64,000 nt of DNA from Lysobacterales bacterium (GCA_038236935.1 JBBRZH010000003.1:18227-82226); one strand, 5' to 3'. Shown: positions 47,567-57,944, counted from the stretch's first letter. Made by a program: numbers and translations. Notes: generated from the sequence alone by a model not told the origin.

Positions 47567-47714
47567 ATCGATGCCGATCGAACTTCTTGTTGCTGAATAC
47601 GCAATCACGGTGCTTTCACGCGCAAGGACCTGCTTGACGTAGCATCCAATGTTGCTATGCGTGCACGAGATGGTGCGAGGTAAACGATTCCTCATTGGGA
47701 AGGGATACTTGACT

Positions 47715-49298
47715 GTGAATTCGCCGACAGCATTACGGTTCGACAACCGCTTCGTGCGTGACCTTGCGGGGGACGTGGAGTCCAGTACCCGCATGCGGGA
47801 AGTGCGTGGTGCACTGTGGTCGTCGGTTCTCCCAACGTCCGTTGTGGAAGGCCAGCTGGTCGCCTGGTCAAACGACGCTGCGGCGCTCCTGGACATGGAT
47901 GCCCAAACGTTCGTTTCCCCAGAGTTGGTGCAAGTACTCAGCGGAAATGCGCTTCTCGAAGGAATGCAGCCGTTCGCAGCCAATTATGGCGGCCATCAGT
48001 TTGGCCACTGGGCGGGGCAGCTGGGTGATGGTCGGGCGATCTCTCTGGGCGAAATCGTCAACAAGTCCGGCGAGCGCTGGGAATTGCAGCTCAAGGGCGC
48101 TGGGCCGACACCCTATTCACGCAAAGCAGATGGCCGCGCCGTATTGCGTTCGTCGGTTCGCGAGTTCCTTTGCAGCGAGGCCATGCATCATCTCGGCATT
48201 CCGACGACTCGTGCGTTGAGCTTGGTCAATACAGGTGAGACGGTCGTACGCGACATGTTCTACGACGGCCGCGCGCGCGCGGAAACCGGCGCGATTGTTT
48301 GCCGCGTAGCACCTTCGTTCATCCGCTTTGGAAATTTCGAGCTCCCCGCTGCGCGTGGCGAAGTGGAATTGCTGCGCACCCTCGTGGACTTCTGCATCCA
48401 TCGCGACTATCCACAACTCGATTCGAGCAGCGACAATCGCCAACGCCTTTACGGCGATTGGTTTGCCCTTGTCTGCGAGCGGACGGCGATCATGATCGCG
48501 CACTGGATGCGGGTCGGATTCGTGCATGGCGTCATGAACACGGACAACATGTCAATCCTGGGGTTGACGATCGACTACGGCCCATACGGCTGGATCGACA
48601 ATTTCGATCCGGATTGGACGCCGAACACGACCGATGCCCGCGGACGGCGTTACCGCTTTGGCTGGCAACCAAAGGTGGCCTACTGGAACCTGGCCCAGCT
48701 GGCCCGGGCCTTGTCACCGGTGTTCGACGACGCCGAACCACTGCACGCCGGACTGCAGAGATACACCGATGTCCATGCTGCGGCCGATCGGGACAACATC
48801 GCGCGCAAGCTTGGCTTGCAGGATTGTGGGGATGCGGACGTTGCACTCATGGATGAGTTGCATGTGCTGCTGCAGTCCAGCGAAGCCGACATGACGATCT
48901 TCTTCCGCGCGCTGGGCGATATCGACCTGCATGCGCCCTCGATGGATCCACTGACCGAGGCCTTCTATGACGACGACCGACGAGCCGCGGCCGAGCCCGC
49001 GTTTGTCGACTGGCTTGAGCGTTACGCAGAACGCGGCCTGGAAGACCTCGATGGTGCCGGTCCGCAGGTACGTAGCGAGCGGATGCGGTTGGCCAATCCG
49101 CGATATGTGTTGCGCAACTACCTGGCCCAGCAGGCCATCGATCGCGCGGACGCAGGGGATTACGCCGGGATCGTGGAATTGCTGGATCTGCTTCGCAGGC
49201 CTTATGACGACCAGCCGGGGCATGAAGCGTATGCGCGCAAGCGCCCGGACTGGGCGCGTGACCGGGCAGGGTGTTCGATGTTGTCCTGCAGCTCGTAA
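47715..49298 (+). CDS. selO: Protein adenylyltransferase SelO (YdiU)
   Basis: YGGHQFG.WAGQLGDGRA, LQLKGAGPTPYSR, GFVHGVMNTDN, IDYGP, and C-terminal CSMLSCSS. Confidence 0.95.
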   Translation: MNSPTALRFDNRFVRDLAGDVESSTRMREVRGALWSSVLPTSVVEGQLVAWSNDAAALLDMDAQTFVSPELVQVLSGNALLEGMQPFAANYGGHQFGHWAGQLGDGRAISLGEIVNKSGERWELQLKGAGPTPYSRKADGRAVLRSSVREFLCSEAMHHLGIPTTRALSLVNTGETVVRDMFYDGRARAETGAIVCRVAPSFIRFGNFELPAARGEVELLRTLVDFCIHRDYPQLDSSSDNRQRLYGDWFALVCERTAIMIAHWMRVGFVHGVMNTDNMSILGLTIDYGPYGWIDNFDPDWTPNTTDARGRRYRFGWQPKVAYWNLAQLARALSPVFDDAEPLHAGLQRYTDVHAAADRDNIARKLGLQDCGDADVALMDELHVLLQSSEADMTIFFRALGDIDLHAPSMDPLTEAFYDDDRRAAAEPAFVDWLERYAERGLEDLDGAGPQVRSERMRLANPRYVLRNYLAQQAIDRADAGDYAGIVELLDLLRRPYDDQPGHEAYARKRPDWARDRAGCSMLSCSS

Positions 49299-49322
49299 AA
49301 CGGTGGTTAAAGTAAAGCCGGC

Positions 49323-49424
49323 TTATTTGCCGGCTTTCTTTTCCTTCTTTTCCGCGCGCTTTTCCTTCAGCGACTTCTCGGGTTTCTTCTTTTCGGTTTT
49401 CTTCTGGTCCATGCCCTTGCTCAT
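49323..49424 (-). CDS. 33-aa lysine-rich small protein
   Basis: GGAG-cgcgac-ATG; MSKGMDQKKTEKKKPEKSLKEKRAEKKEKKAGK*. Confidence 0.7.
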   Translation of the reverse strand: MSKGMDQKKTEKKKPEKSLKEKRAEKKEKKAGK

Positions 49425-49543
49425 GTCGCGCTCCGCAGTCGTGTCGTCCGGGTGATACCTGGGACTTGTCAGGCAGGGAGGAGCCTACACCGCCAGGACC
49501 TCATCTGGAATGGGCTTGGGCGCAGAAAAGTTAAACTACGCGC

Positions 49544-51418
49544 ATGCCCTTGATCACCCTCCAGAACGTCGACTTCAGCGTCGGCGGCCCCCTGCTGCTG
49601 GACCACGTTGACCTGGCGATCGAACCGGGCGAACGCATCGCCCTGATCGGCCGGAACGGCGCCGGCAAGTCGACACTACTCAAACTGTTGTCCGGGGACC
49701 TGAAACCGGATGATGGCGAACTGCGCGTGGAAGGTGGCCGGCGGATCGCGCGGCTTGAGCAGGAAGTGCCTCGCGATGCGCAAGGTGCCGTGTTCGACGT
49801 AGTGGCAGCTGGTTTGGGGGAACTGGGCGCGCAGCTCGCGCAATTCCATCATCTCAGCCATGCCGATCCAGTCGACACCGACGCGCTGGCGCAGGTCCAG
49901 TCGCTGATCGAAGCGGCCAACGGCTGGTCGCTGGACCAGCGCGTGACCGAGGTGCTGGAGCGTCTCAGCCTGGATGGGGATGGCGACTTCGCACGGCTGT
50001 CAGGCGGGATGAAGCGACGCGTGCTGCTTGCTCGGGCGCTGGTCTCCGCGCCAGATGTGTTGTTGCTGGATGAGCCGACCAACCATCTGGATATTGCCGC
50101 GATCGACTGGCTGGAAGGCTTCCTGAAAAGCTGGCAGGGCGCATTGGTGTTCGTCACGCATGACCGTCGATTCCTGCGCGCACTGGCGACGCGCATCGTC
50201 GAGATCGATCGAGGCAAGCTGACCAGTTGGCCGGGCGACTGGGCCAATTACCAACGCCGCCGCGAGGAACGCCTCAACGCCGAGGCCCAGGAAAGCGCGC
50301 GTTTCGACAAGATGCTGGCGCAGGAGGAAACCTGGATCCGTCAGGGGATCAAGGCCCGCCGGACCCGCGACGAAGGCCGCGTGCGGCGGCTGGAATCCAT
50401 GCGCAGCGAGCGCGCGTCGCGGCGAGAACAGGTCGGCAACGTGCGCATGGAAACCGCGCAGGCCGGTGCATCGGGCAAGAAGGTGATCCAGGCACGCGAT
50501 GTCTCGTTTTCCCATGGTGCATCGACCCTCGTCCGTGATTTCAACACCACCATCCTGCGCGGGGATCGAATCGGGCTGATCGGTCCCAATGGCAGCGGAA
50601 AGACGACCTTGCTGAAACTCCTGCTGGGAGAGCTGCAGCCCGATTCCGGAGAGATCAACATCGGTACCCAATTGCAGGTCGCCTATTTCGACCAATACCG
50701 GGCGACGTTGCGCGAAGACTGGAATGCGGTGGAAAACGTCGCGGAGGGACGTGACTTCATCGAGATCGGAGGCCGTCGCAAGCATGTGCTGGGCTACCTG
50801 CAGGATTTCCTGTTCACGCCCGAACGTGCACGCGCGCCGATTACGCGTTTGTCGGGGGGCGAGCGCAACCGACTGCTCCTGGCACGGCTGTTCGCGCAGC
50901 CCTCCAACCTGCTGGTGATGGATGAGCCGACCAATGACCTGGACGTGGAGACGCTGGAACTGCTGGAGGAGTTGCTGGGCGACTACTCCGGGACCTTGTT
51001 GCTGGTCAGCCACGATCGCGATTTTCTCGATAATGTCGTGACGTCAACGCTGGTCATGCAGGACGGCAGTGCAGGTCGCATTGGCGAGTATGTCGGCGGG
51101 TACAGCGACTGGCTGCGACAGCGCGCAAAGTCCGCAGTCGCCACCTCACGACTGGCTGCGTCGCCTGTACCTGCTCCGGTTGCCGCGGTCGTGGCCAAGC
51201 GCAAACCCAGCTACAAGGACGTGCGCGAACTGGAGCAGCTGCCGCTGCGGATCGACATGCTAGAAGGCAAATTGGCCGCGCTGACGGAACAGATGAACGA
51301 TCCGGCCTTTTATCAGCGCACGAGTGTTGCGATTACCGCGCACAACGATGCCGTGGCGCAGGCCCAAGCCGAACTTGACACTGCCTATGCACGCTGGGCT
51401 GAACTGGAGAGGGCCTGA
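49544..51418 (+). CDS. uup: ABC-F family ATPase Uup
   Basis: Two NBDs (GRNGAGKST/LSGGMKRR and GPNGSGKT/LSGGERNR), EETWIRQGIKARRTRDEGRVR linker, C-terminal coiled coil. Confidence 0.92.
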   Translation: MPLITLQNVDFSVGGPLLLDHVDLAIEPGERIALIGRNGAGKSTLLKLLSGDLKPDDGELRVEGGRRIARLEQEVPRDAQGAVFDVVAAGLGELGAQLAQFHHLSHADPVDTDALAQVQSLIEAANGWSLDQRVTEVLERLSLDGDGDFARLSGGMKRRVLLARALVSAPDVLLLDEPTNHLDIAAIDWLEGFLKSWQGALVFVTHDRRFLRALATRIVEIDRGKLTSWPGDWANYQRRREERLNAEAQESARFDKMLAQEETWIRQGIKARRTRDEGRVRRLESMRSERASRREQVGNVRMETAQAGASGKKVIQARDVSFSHGASTLVRDFNTTILRGDRIGLIGPNGSGKTTLLKLLLGELQPDSGEINIGTQLQVAYFDQYRATLREDWNAVENVAEGRDFIEIGGRRKHVLGYLQDFLFTPERARAPITRLSGGERNRLLLARLFAQPSNLLVMDEPTNDLDVETLELLEELLGDYSGTLLLVSHDRDFLDNVVTSTLVMQDGSAGRIGEYVGGYSDWLRQRAKSAVATSRLAASPVPAPVAAVVAKRKPSYKDVRELEQLPLRIDMLEGKLAALTEQMNDPAFYQRTSVAITAHNDAVAQAQAELDTAYARWAELERA

Positions 51419-51434
51419 TCGCCCGGTGCCTTGA

Positions 51435-51679
51435 TCAGTCGCGAATGTCGAAGCCCGGCTCCGCGTTCAGCGCGCCATCGGGTTCCAGCACGGCGTATTT
51501 CGTGCGGGTTGCGTCCGAAACAACCGGTATGGACGGCTGGAAAGGGGTCGGCGAACGAATTTCAACTCCCATCCAAAGTGCTCCAATTCGGCCAGTACCT
51601 TTCGCTGGTCTTCGTTCAGTAGCGCGCGCAGCTTGGCAAGATTTTCCTGGTCGATCGTGCGACGTTCATGCTCGGGCAT
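51435..51679 (-). pseudogene. Small conserved hypothetical gene with an apparent -1 frameshift
   Basis: ...LEHFGWELKFVRRPL continues in another frame as FQPSIPVVSDATRTKYAVLEPDGALNAEPGFDIRD*; one T is missing in the run at 51541-51543 (plus-strand aaa). Confidence 0.6.
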
Positions 51680-51846
51680 GACTCCCCCTGGTTGTCAGAC
51701 CGGTTCGAGGCCGATGGTGGGGCAGGATAGGGTGGTGCCTCCATCGGTGTCCACTGCCGCCAAGGCGGCACGTCGGGCACACGGTTTTCACGAGATCCGT
51801 GCGTCGATGGCAAATGGCACGCAATAGCAGGTCGGGTTTGTTGGAC

Positions 51847-52569
51847 ATGCGCATCGGTTGCGCAGGCTGGTCCATTCCCTCACAGCACGCGCACTTGTTC
51901 GGAGAAGGCGATAGCCACCTGGAAAGGTATGCCACCCGATTCGATGCGGTCGAGATCAATTCGTCGTTCTACAGGTCGCATTCCGCGAAGACGTATGCGC
52001 GCTGGGCCACTTCGGTCCCTCGCGGTTTCCGGTTTTCGGTCAAGGTGCCAAAAACGATCACGCACGACATGCGCTTGCAAGGCGCGGGTACTGCGCTGTC
52101 GCAGTTTGCGGAAGAAGTATCGGCGCTTGGCAGCCGGCTGGGCGGCGTGCTGGTGCAATTGCCGCCGAGCCTCGCATTCGATGCACGTGTTGCGGGCACT
52201 TTTTTTTCGATGCTGCGTCGCCGGTTTGCATCAGCAGTGGCATGTGAGCCGCGGCATGCCAGCTGGTTCGAGCCGGGCATCGATGCGTTTTGGAAGCGGC
52301 ATGACATTGCACGCGTCGCGACTGATCCGACTCGTTTTGCTGTTGCGGCGCAACCGGGAGGAAGCGGTCGGTGGAGCTATTGGCGCTGGCATGGCTCGCC
52401 ACGCATGTATTACGACAGCTACGATGAAGCCCATCTGCAATCGCTCGCGCAATCGATGATGACCCAGTCAAGCCGGGCCCGTCCGGGCTGGTGCATTTTC
52501 GACAACACAGCTGCCGGACACGCGATCGCCAATGCGGCGCGATTGCAGACGTTATTGGGGCAAGGTTAA
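51847..52569 (+). CDS. DUF72 domain protein
   Basis: IGCAGWS, AVEINSSFYR, FSVKVPKTITH, LVQLPPSL, YWRWHGSPRMYY and WCIFDNTA. Confidence 0.9.
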   Translation: MRIGCAGWSIPSQHAHLFGEGDSHLERYATRFDAVEINSSFYRSHSAKTYARWATSVPRGFRFSVKVPKTITHDMRLQGAGTALSQFAEEVSALGSRLGGVLVQLPPSLAFDARVAGTFFSMLRRRFASAVACEPRHASWFEPGIDAFWKRHDIARVATDPTRFAVAAQPGGSGRWSYWRWHGSPRMYYDSYDEAHLQSLAQSMMTQSSRARPGWCIFDNTAAGHAIANAARLQTLLGQG

Positions 52570-53357
52570 AGCTGGATCACTTGGCCCTTGGCAACCACGG
52601 GTCCGGTTGCTGACACATGCGCGTGACTGCCGGCTGGCTCCAGGCTGACCGCAAACAGGGCGCCGGTGCTTGCGCCCCGCAGCGCGGCCGGGATGCTGAC
52701 CACCATGGCCTTGCCGCGTTCGATCATGCCCAGCGAATGCGGACGATCTCCAGTGGGAATCATCCATAGTTCCGGCGAAAGCGATGGATCACCACCCAAT
52801 CCGATCGGCACCAGCACGATGGTTCCGTGGGCTGGGTCGACGGTGGCGGTGTACGCGGTACTGCCGTCGTCCTGCCGCAGTGAAACGACCATTGGAGCCG
52901 CTGTGGGCATCGCGGCCACGACCGGAACTGCCGTGGGGACCGACATGGGCAACTGACGCGTGGTCAACAGCAATGCGGCGACGCTGGCGACCGCCACGGC
53001 GAACCCGCCTGCCGCCAACCCGCGCCAGAAGCCAAGACTCTCCAGCAGCGAAGGGTGCCCGGGTTTCCGATGCTGGAGCTCGCTGGACTGCTGTCGCGAA
53101 GGGAGTTCATGCTGCCAGAGGGTGGTACGGATTCGTGGCCATAGCGAAGCCGGCACCGTGACGGGGGCAATGGACTCGAGCCACGGCGAAAAGTGGGCTT
53201 CCCACAGCGCGACATCGCTGGCGAACGCAGGATTGCTTTCAAGCCGCGCTTGCGCAACACGCCTTGCGTTGTCGTCGAGCAGGCCAAGCACATACTCGGC
53301 CGACGTGAGATCAACGTCATCCAGGGCGGCGTCATCTTTGGGGTTATGGGGGCTCAT
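52566..53357 (-). CDS. Anti-sigma factor, RskA-like
   Basis: SAEYVLGLL, LWPRI, TM after FWRGLA, ELWMIP and FAVSLEPAG. Confidence 0.9.
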   Translation of the reverse strand: MSPHNPKDDAALDDVDLTSAEYVLGLLDDNARRVAQARLESNPAFASDVALWEAHFSPWLESIAPVTVPASLWPRIRTTLWQHELPSRQQSSELQHRKPGHPSLLESLGFWRGLAAGGFAVAVASVAALLLTTRQLPMSVPTAVPVVAAMPTAAPMVVSLRQDDGSTAYTATVDPAHGTIVLVPIGLGGDPSLSPELWMIPTGDRPHSLGMIERGKAMVVSIPAALRGASTGALFAVSLEPAGSHAHVSATGPVVAKGQVIQL

Positions 53358-53935
53358 CGCTGCAGGCAATCCTTCAGCTTGAGCAGACCACGGCGGATCC
53401 AGCTCTTGATCGTGCCTAATGGCGTCTCGCTGCGCGCGGCGATTTCCTCGTAGGTGCAGCCTTCAAAAAACGCGACACGGATCGCGCTGCGCTGCTCACC
53501 GCTCAATTCGTCCAGGCAGTTGTGCAGTCGTTTGCCCTCCGCTGCTGCTTCGGCCATGGCGGGAGCGGAGATGCCTTCATCAGCCAGTTCGGCAGCCAGG
53601 TCGATAGGCAAGGCGGCACGGTCAATGCGACCTGAACGCAATCGATCGATCGATTTGTTGCGCGCGATCATCGCCAGCCAGGTGATCGGACTCGCGCGAT
53701 CGCCGTCGTACTGCGCTGCCTTGCGCCAGATGGTGAGATAGACATCCTGCAGAACCTCTTCAGCTTCGCTGCGTTCATGCAAGATACGAAGGCATACACC
53801 GAATAGTTTCGCGGACGTACGCGAATAGAGATTTTCAAACGCGCTGCGATCCCCGCCGGCGGTTCCCAGCAGCCAATGGCGAAGCTGGTCGCGCTCGGCG
53901 TCGATACTGTCGATGGTATCTGTCGGGGTCATCAT
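53354..53935 (-). CDS. ECF sigma-70 factor
   Basis: AFENLYSRTS, AEEVLQDVYLTIW, WLAMIARNKSIDRLR and LGTIKSWIRRGL; overlaps the anti-sigma start. Confidence 0.92.
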   Translation of the reverse strand: MMTPTDTIDSIDAERDQLRHWLLGTAGGDRSAFENLYSRTSAKLFGVCLRILHERSEAEEVLQDVYLTIWRKAAQYDGDRASPITWLAMIARNKSIDRLRSGRIDRAALPIDLAAELADEGISAPAMAEAAAEGKRLHNCLDELSGEQRSAIRVAFFEGCTYEEIAARSETPLGTIKSWIRRGLLKLKDCLQR

Positions 53936-54063
53936 GGGATCGGAAACGATGTTCAGGGTGCATCTTGGCACACCTGCAGCGGCAGGCCGCAACCTGCTGC
54001 CTCAGGCGCAATACGCCCGATGCTTCGCTAGACTGCCGGGCCTTGGTTCATTTTGAGGCGCGA

Positions 54064-54720
54064 ATGCAGCCGACCCATGTTTCCCCTGTCGACACCCTCT
54101 ATTACGCACCGGGCGCGGCCAGCATGCTGGTGCACTGGTTGTTGCTGGAGCTGGAAGTCCCGCACGCGCTGAATCGGGTCGATACCGCTGCGGGCGAGCA
54201 GAAACGGCCCGAATATCTGGCGCTCAATCCCAATGGGGTGGTGCCCACCTGGATCACCAACGGCAAGCCCATGGGCGAAGCCGCGGCGATTGCGATGACG
54301 CTGGCTGACCAGCATCCCGGCAAAGAGCTTGCACCAGCGGCTGGAGACCCATTGCGGGCGGCTTACAACCAATGGATGTTCCATCTGGCCAATGCCGTAC
54401 AGCCGCTGTTCCGCTTGTGGTGGTATCCGGAGGAAGCGGCGGGCCCGGAAATGATGGACGCCGTGCGCGAACACACGCATCCGCGCATCGAGGGGGCCTG
54501 GGATCGCATCGATGCGCACTTGGCCAACAATGGCCCCTATCTGCTCGGTCACACGCTTTCCGTCCCCGATTTCTACCTTACGATGTTGATGAGGTGGTCA
54601 CGCGCGATGCCGCGGCCGGCGACGGACTGGGAGCACCTGGCAGCGTTGGCGCAACGCATGAAGGCGCGTGCGTCATTCGCGTTGCTCTACCAGCGCGAAG
54701 ACCTGAGCGACTGGACTTGA
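54064..54720 (+). CDS. Glutathione S-transferase
   Basis: YLALNPNGVVP, GEAAAI and PYLLGHTLSVPDFYL. Confidence 0.9.
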   Translation: MQPTHVSPVDTLYYAPGAASMLVHWLLLELEVPHALNRVDTAAGEQKRPEYLALNPNGVVPTWITNGKPMGEAAAIAMTLADQHPGKELAPAAGDPLRAAYNQWMFHLANAVQPLFRLWWYPEEAAGPEMMDAVREHTHPRIEGAWDRIDAHLANNGPYLLGHTLSVPDFYLTMLMRWSRAMPRPATDWEHLAALAQRMKARASFALLYQREDLSDWT

Positions 54721-54731
54721 ACGGTTCGTTC

Positions 54732-55334
54732 ATGACGCTGGTGCTGATCGGCGTCACCGTTCTGGTGTCGTGGTTGGCGTTCAGCAACGTGCGATTGCTG
54801 GAGCGGTTGATCCTTTGGCCGCCGGCGATCCGGCGCAGTCATCAGTATGACCGGCTGGTCACGCACGGCTTCGTGCATGCGGATTTCCAGCATCTGCTGT
54901 TCAACATGATCACGCTGTATTTTTTCGGTCGCCTGATTGAACAGTTCTTTGCGGATTACATCGGCCATCTTGGATTTGCGCTGTTCTATCTCTCCGCGCT
55001 GCTGGTGGCGATCCTGCCCACCTACCTGCGCCATATCGACGATCCGAGCTACCGCAGCCTGGGTGCCTCGGGGGCGGTGTCGGCGATCCTGTTCGCCTTC
55101 ATCCTGCTGCAGCCCTGGGCCATGATCTATGTGTTCGTGGTGCCGGTGCCGGCGATCCTGTACGGCGTGTTGTACGTGGGGTATTCGATCTGGATGGACA
55201 GGCAGGGGCGCGGCAACATCAATCACAGCGCGCATCTCTGGGGCGCGGGCTATGGCGTGTTGTTCACGCTGCTGATGGAGCCGCGGGTGGGCCCGATTTT
55301 TCTTCAACGCGTGCTGCATCCCGCGCTTGGTTGA
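54732..55334 (+). CDS. Rhomboid intramembrane serine protease
   Basis: HGFVHAD..HLLFNM, GASGAVSA and HSAHLWG. Confidence 0.92.
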   Translation: MTLVLIGVTVLVSWLAFSNVRLLERLILWPPAIRRSHQYDRLVTHGFVHADFQHLLFNMITLYFFGRLIEQFFADYIGHLGFALFYLSALLVAILPTYLRHIDDPSYRSLGASGAVSAILFAFILLQPWAMIYVFVVPVPAILYGVLYVGYSIWMDRQGRGNINHSAHLWGAGYGVLFTLLMEPRVGPIFLQRVLHPALG

Positions 55335-55424
55335 TCCTTGCGGGTCGCAGCCCGGCGGCGCCTCCACACGCCCGGTGTCCCAGGTTTGCGATGATGCGGA
55401 CGAACTCACCACGAGGACATCAAC

Positions 55425-55709
55425 ATGTCGGCTCCCTTGCAGGTGCAACACGATCCCCACACGCAACGTTTCCTGGCATTCATGGATGGGGTCCAGGCCG
55501 AACTGGATTACGAGCGCAGCGCAGGCATCCTGCGCCTGACGCATACGGGCGTGCCATCGGCGATCGGCGGGCGTGGCGTGGCCGCCGAACTTGTGCGCAC
55601 CGCGCTGGAGCATGCGCGCGCGGAGGGCCTGAAGGTGGTCCCCGCATGTTCCTACGTCGCGGGCTACATCACGCGCCACCCGGAATACGAAGATCTGCTG
55701 GCCAGCTGA
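55425..55709 (+). CDS. GNAT family N-acetyltransferase (YjdJ-like)
   Basis: LTHTGVP..IGGRGVA and VVPACSYV. Confidence 0.9.
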   Translation: MSAPLQVQHDPHTQRFLAFMDGVQAELDYERSAGILRLTHTGVPSAIGGRGVAAELVRTALEHARAEGLKVVPACSYVAGYITRHPEYEDLLAS

Positions 55710-55794
55710 ACCCTGTTCAATGACAGGCACTCACCTGTGGCAGCATGCGCGCCTTCGTCGTCGATCATGAAGGCGCACCCAACCATGTCACGCC

Positions 55795-56508
55795 ATGCGG
55801 CTTAATAAACACATCTGTGATAGCGGCTTCTGTTCGCGGCGCGAGGCGGATGGCCTGATCGCCGAAGGGCGGGTCACCGTCAACGCCATGCGCGCACGGA
55901 TTGGCGCGGAGGTCGGGGAGGGTGATGAGGTCAAGGTCGACGGGCAGGCGTTGCGCGCGCGTACCGCAGCCAAAGGGCAACGCAAGCACGTCTATATCGC
56001 ACTCAACAAGCCGGCCGGCATCACCAGCACCACCGAGTCATCGGACAAGGACAACATCATCGATTTCATCGGGCACCAGCAGCGGATCTTTCCCATTGGA
56101 CGTCTCGACAAGGAGTCCGAAGGCCTGATCCTGCTGACCAGCAACGGTGACATCGTCAATGCCATCCTGCGCGCGGAGCACAAACTGGAGAAGGAGTACC
56201 TGGTTGCGGTCAACCACCGGGTCACCGATGAGTTCCTGCGGGCCATGAGCCGTGGGGTGCCTGTGCATGGGGAAATGACCCTGCCCTCCCGTGTGGGGAA
56301 GCTTGGGCCTTTCGGATTCCGGATCGTGCTGGTCCAGGGGTTGAACCGCCAGATCCGGCTCATGGCGGCGCATTTCAAATATCGGGTCAAGCAGCTGGTG
56401 AGGGTCCGGATCGGCAACGTGAAGATTGGCCACCTGAAGCCCGGGAAATGGCGGAATCTCACCGACGCCGAGCTGCGCGGCCTGTTGCCCCAGCGCGAGG
56501 ACTGGTAA
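55795..56508 (+). CDS. rluF: 23S rRNA pseudouridine synthase F-like (S4 + RsuA catalytic domain)
   Basis: MRLNKHICDSGFCSRREAD, GRLDKESEGL and QGLNRQIRLM. Confidence 0.85.
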   Translation: MRLNKHICDSGFCSRREADGLIAEGRVTVNAMRARIGAEVGEGDEVKVDGQALRARTAAKGQRKHVYIALNKPAGITSTTESSDKDNIIDFIGHQQRIFPIGRLDKESEGLILLTSNGDIVNAILRAEHKLEKEYLVAVNHRVTDEFLRAMSRGVPVHGEMTLPSRVGKLGPFGFRIVLVQGLNRQIRLMAAHFKYRVKQLVRVRIGNVKIGHLKPGKWRNLTDAELRGLLPQREDW

Positions 56509-56735
56509 GGCCGGGAGGGCATATTGCCGTGTTCACACTTGTCACCAAAAGTAGGGTATGGTGCGCGCACTGTTCAAAGCCGGGATCACGGTACACCGTG
56601 GCTCCGATGCGGTAGATCACCAGCTTTACGCCGATCCGCTACATCGCTCTCGCGTTACCCCTTGCTCGACAGTCCGGTATGCATCGTTTGGATGTGACCG
56701 TGTACATCAAAACCTAGTTTCAAGGAGTAACAAAA

Positions 56736-56945
56736 ATGTCGGATCGTCAGACCGGAACCGTCAAGTGGTTCAACGACGCCAAAGGCTTCGGCTTCATCAC
56801 CCCGGAAAGCGGCGCGGACCTGTTCGTCCACTTCCGTTCCATCCAGGGCAGCGGCTTCAAGTCGTTGCAGGAAGGCCAGAAGGTCTCGTTCAAGGTTGTG
56901 CAGGGCCAGAAAGGCCTGCAGGCCGACGAAGTTCAGGCCATGTAA
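56736..56945 (+). CDS. Cold-shock protein
   Basis: [15 protein letters not shown] and LFVHFRSI; strong RBS AAGGAG; long 5' leader. Confidence 0.97.
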   Translation: MSDRQTGTVKWFNDAKGFGFITPESGADLFVHFRSIQGSGFKSLQEGQKVSFKVVQGQKGLQADEVQAM

Positions 56946-56949
56946 TCCA

Positions 56950-57008
56950 GTCCGGCCTTCGGGCCGGACTTGCAGTACCAGAAACCCGGCTTCGGCCGGG
57001 TTTTTTTA
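56950..57008 (+). terminator. Tandem UUCG hairpins; the second is an intrinsic terminator
   Basis: AGTCCGGCC-TTCG-GGCCGGACT followed by AAACCCGGC-TTCG-GCCGGGTTTTTTT. Confidence 0.85.
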
Positions 57009-57110
57009 TTGCTTCACAAGAGTGCCGAGTTGCTGAAAATTCCCGTGCGTATATCCGAACATCACGCCACGCTCGATATCCTGATTGCGAACGTTCTAAG
57101 GAGTTTTACC

Positions 57111-57944
57111 GTGCTGCAGCGTCGCTGCCATTCCGTTTTGTGTCTCCTGCTGTGCCCGCTGCTCTTCGCCGCCTGCCAGCGTGAAGCACCGCCCGCCAAA
57201 CCCTTGGCCGCCCCGGCGGCGGCATCCGCGGCGACTGCTGTTGTTACCCCCGCGACGGCCGTTTTGCAGGACGTGTCCGAGCGCGATCCGCGGTACATGA
57301 TCGGCATCAGCTACCCACCGGTCGCCAATCAATATCCTGGCCTGGCGGGTGAGCTGAAGCGTTATGCCGATGCCGCGCGCAACGACTTGCTGCAGGCAGT
57401 GGCCGGGCTCGGCGGAGGGAAACCGACCGCTCCCTACGAATTGACCTTGAGCTTTACCCAGGTCGCGTCCACGCCGCAGCTCGTCGCGATCGCCGCTGAT
57501 GGCAGCAGTTATACCGGCGGCGCGCACGGCAATCCGCTGCTCGCCCGCTTCGTCTGGTTGCCGCAGCAGGACAAACTGCTGACGGCCGCTGAACTCATCC
57601 CCGATCCCAAATCCTGGCGCGACATCTCCGACCGAGTGCGTGAGCAGCTACAGGCAGCGCTGTCGCAACGTGTCGACGCCGATGACCTGCCGCCAGCGGA
57701 CCGTGCCGAAGTGGTCAAGAATGCGGCCCACATGATTGACGAGGGCACAGGTCCCCAGGTCGCCAACTTCAGCCAGTTCGAGCCGGTGCTGTCCGCCGAC
57801 GGCCACATCGCGGCGCTGCGGTTCGTCTTCGCACCGTACCAGGTCGGCCCGTATGCGGATGGTACCCAGACGGTCGACGTCCCGGCCGACGTCCTGCTGG
57901 CGAAGATCGCCCCTGCCTACAGGCCGTTATTTGTCGGGGGCTGA
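57111..57944 (+). CDS. DUF3298/DUF4163 (RsiV/PdaC-like) lipoprotein
   Basis: AGGAG RBS with GTG start, lipobox FAAC, YTGGAHG and FAPYQVGPYADG. Confidence 0.85.
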   Translation: MLQRRCHSVLCLLLCPLLFAACQREAPPAKPLAAPAAASAATAVVTPATAVLQDVSERDPRYMIGISYPPVANQYPGLAGELKRYADAARNDLLQAVAGLGGGKPTAPYELTLSFTQVASTPQLVAIAADGSSYTGGAHGNPLLARFVWLPQQDKLLTAAELIPDPKSWRDISDRVREQLQAALSQRVDADDLPPADRAEVVKNAAHMIDEGTGPQVANFSQFEPVLSADGHIAALRFVFAPYQVGPYADGTQTVDVPADVLLAKIAPAYRPLFVGG

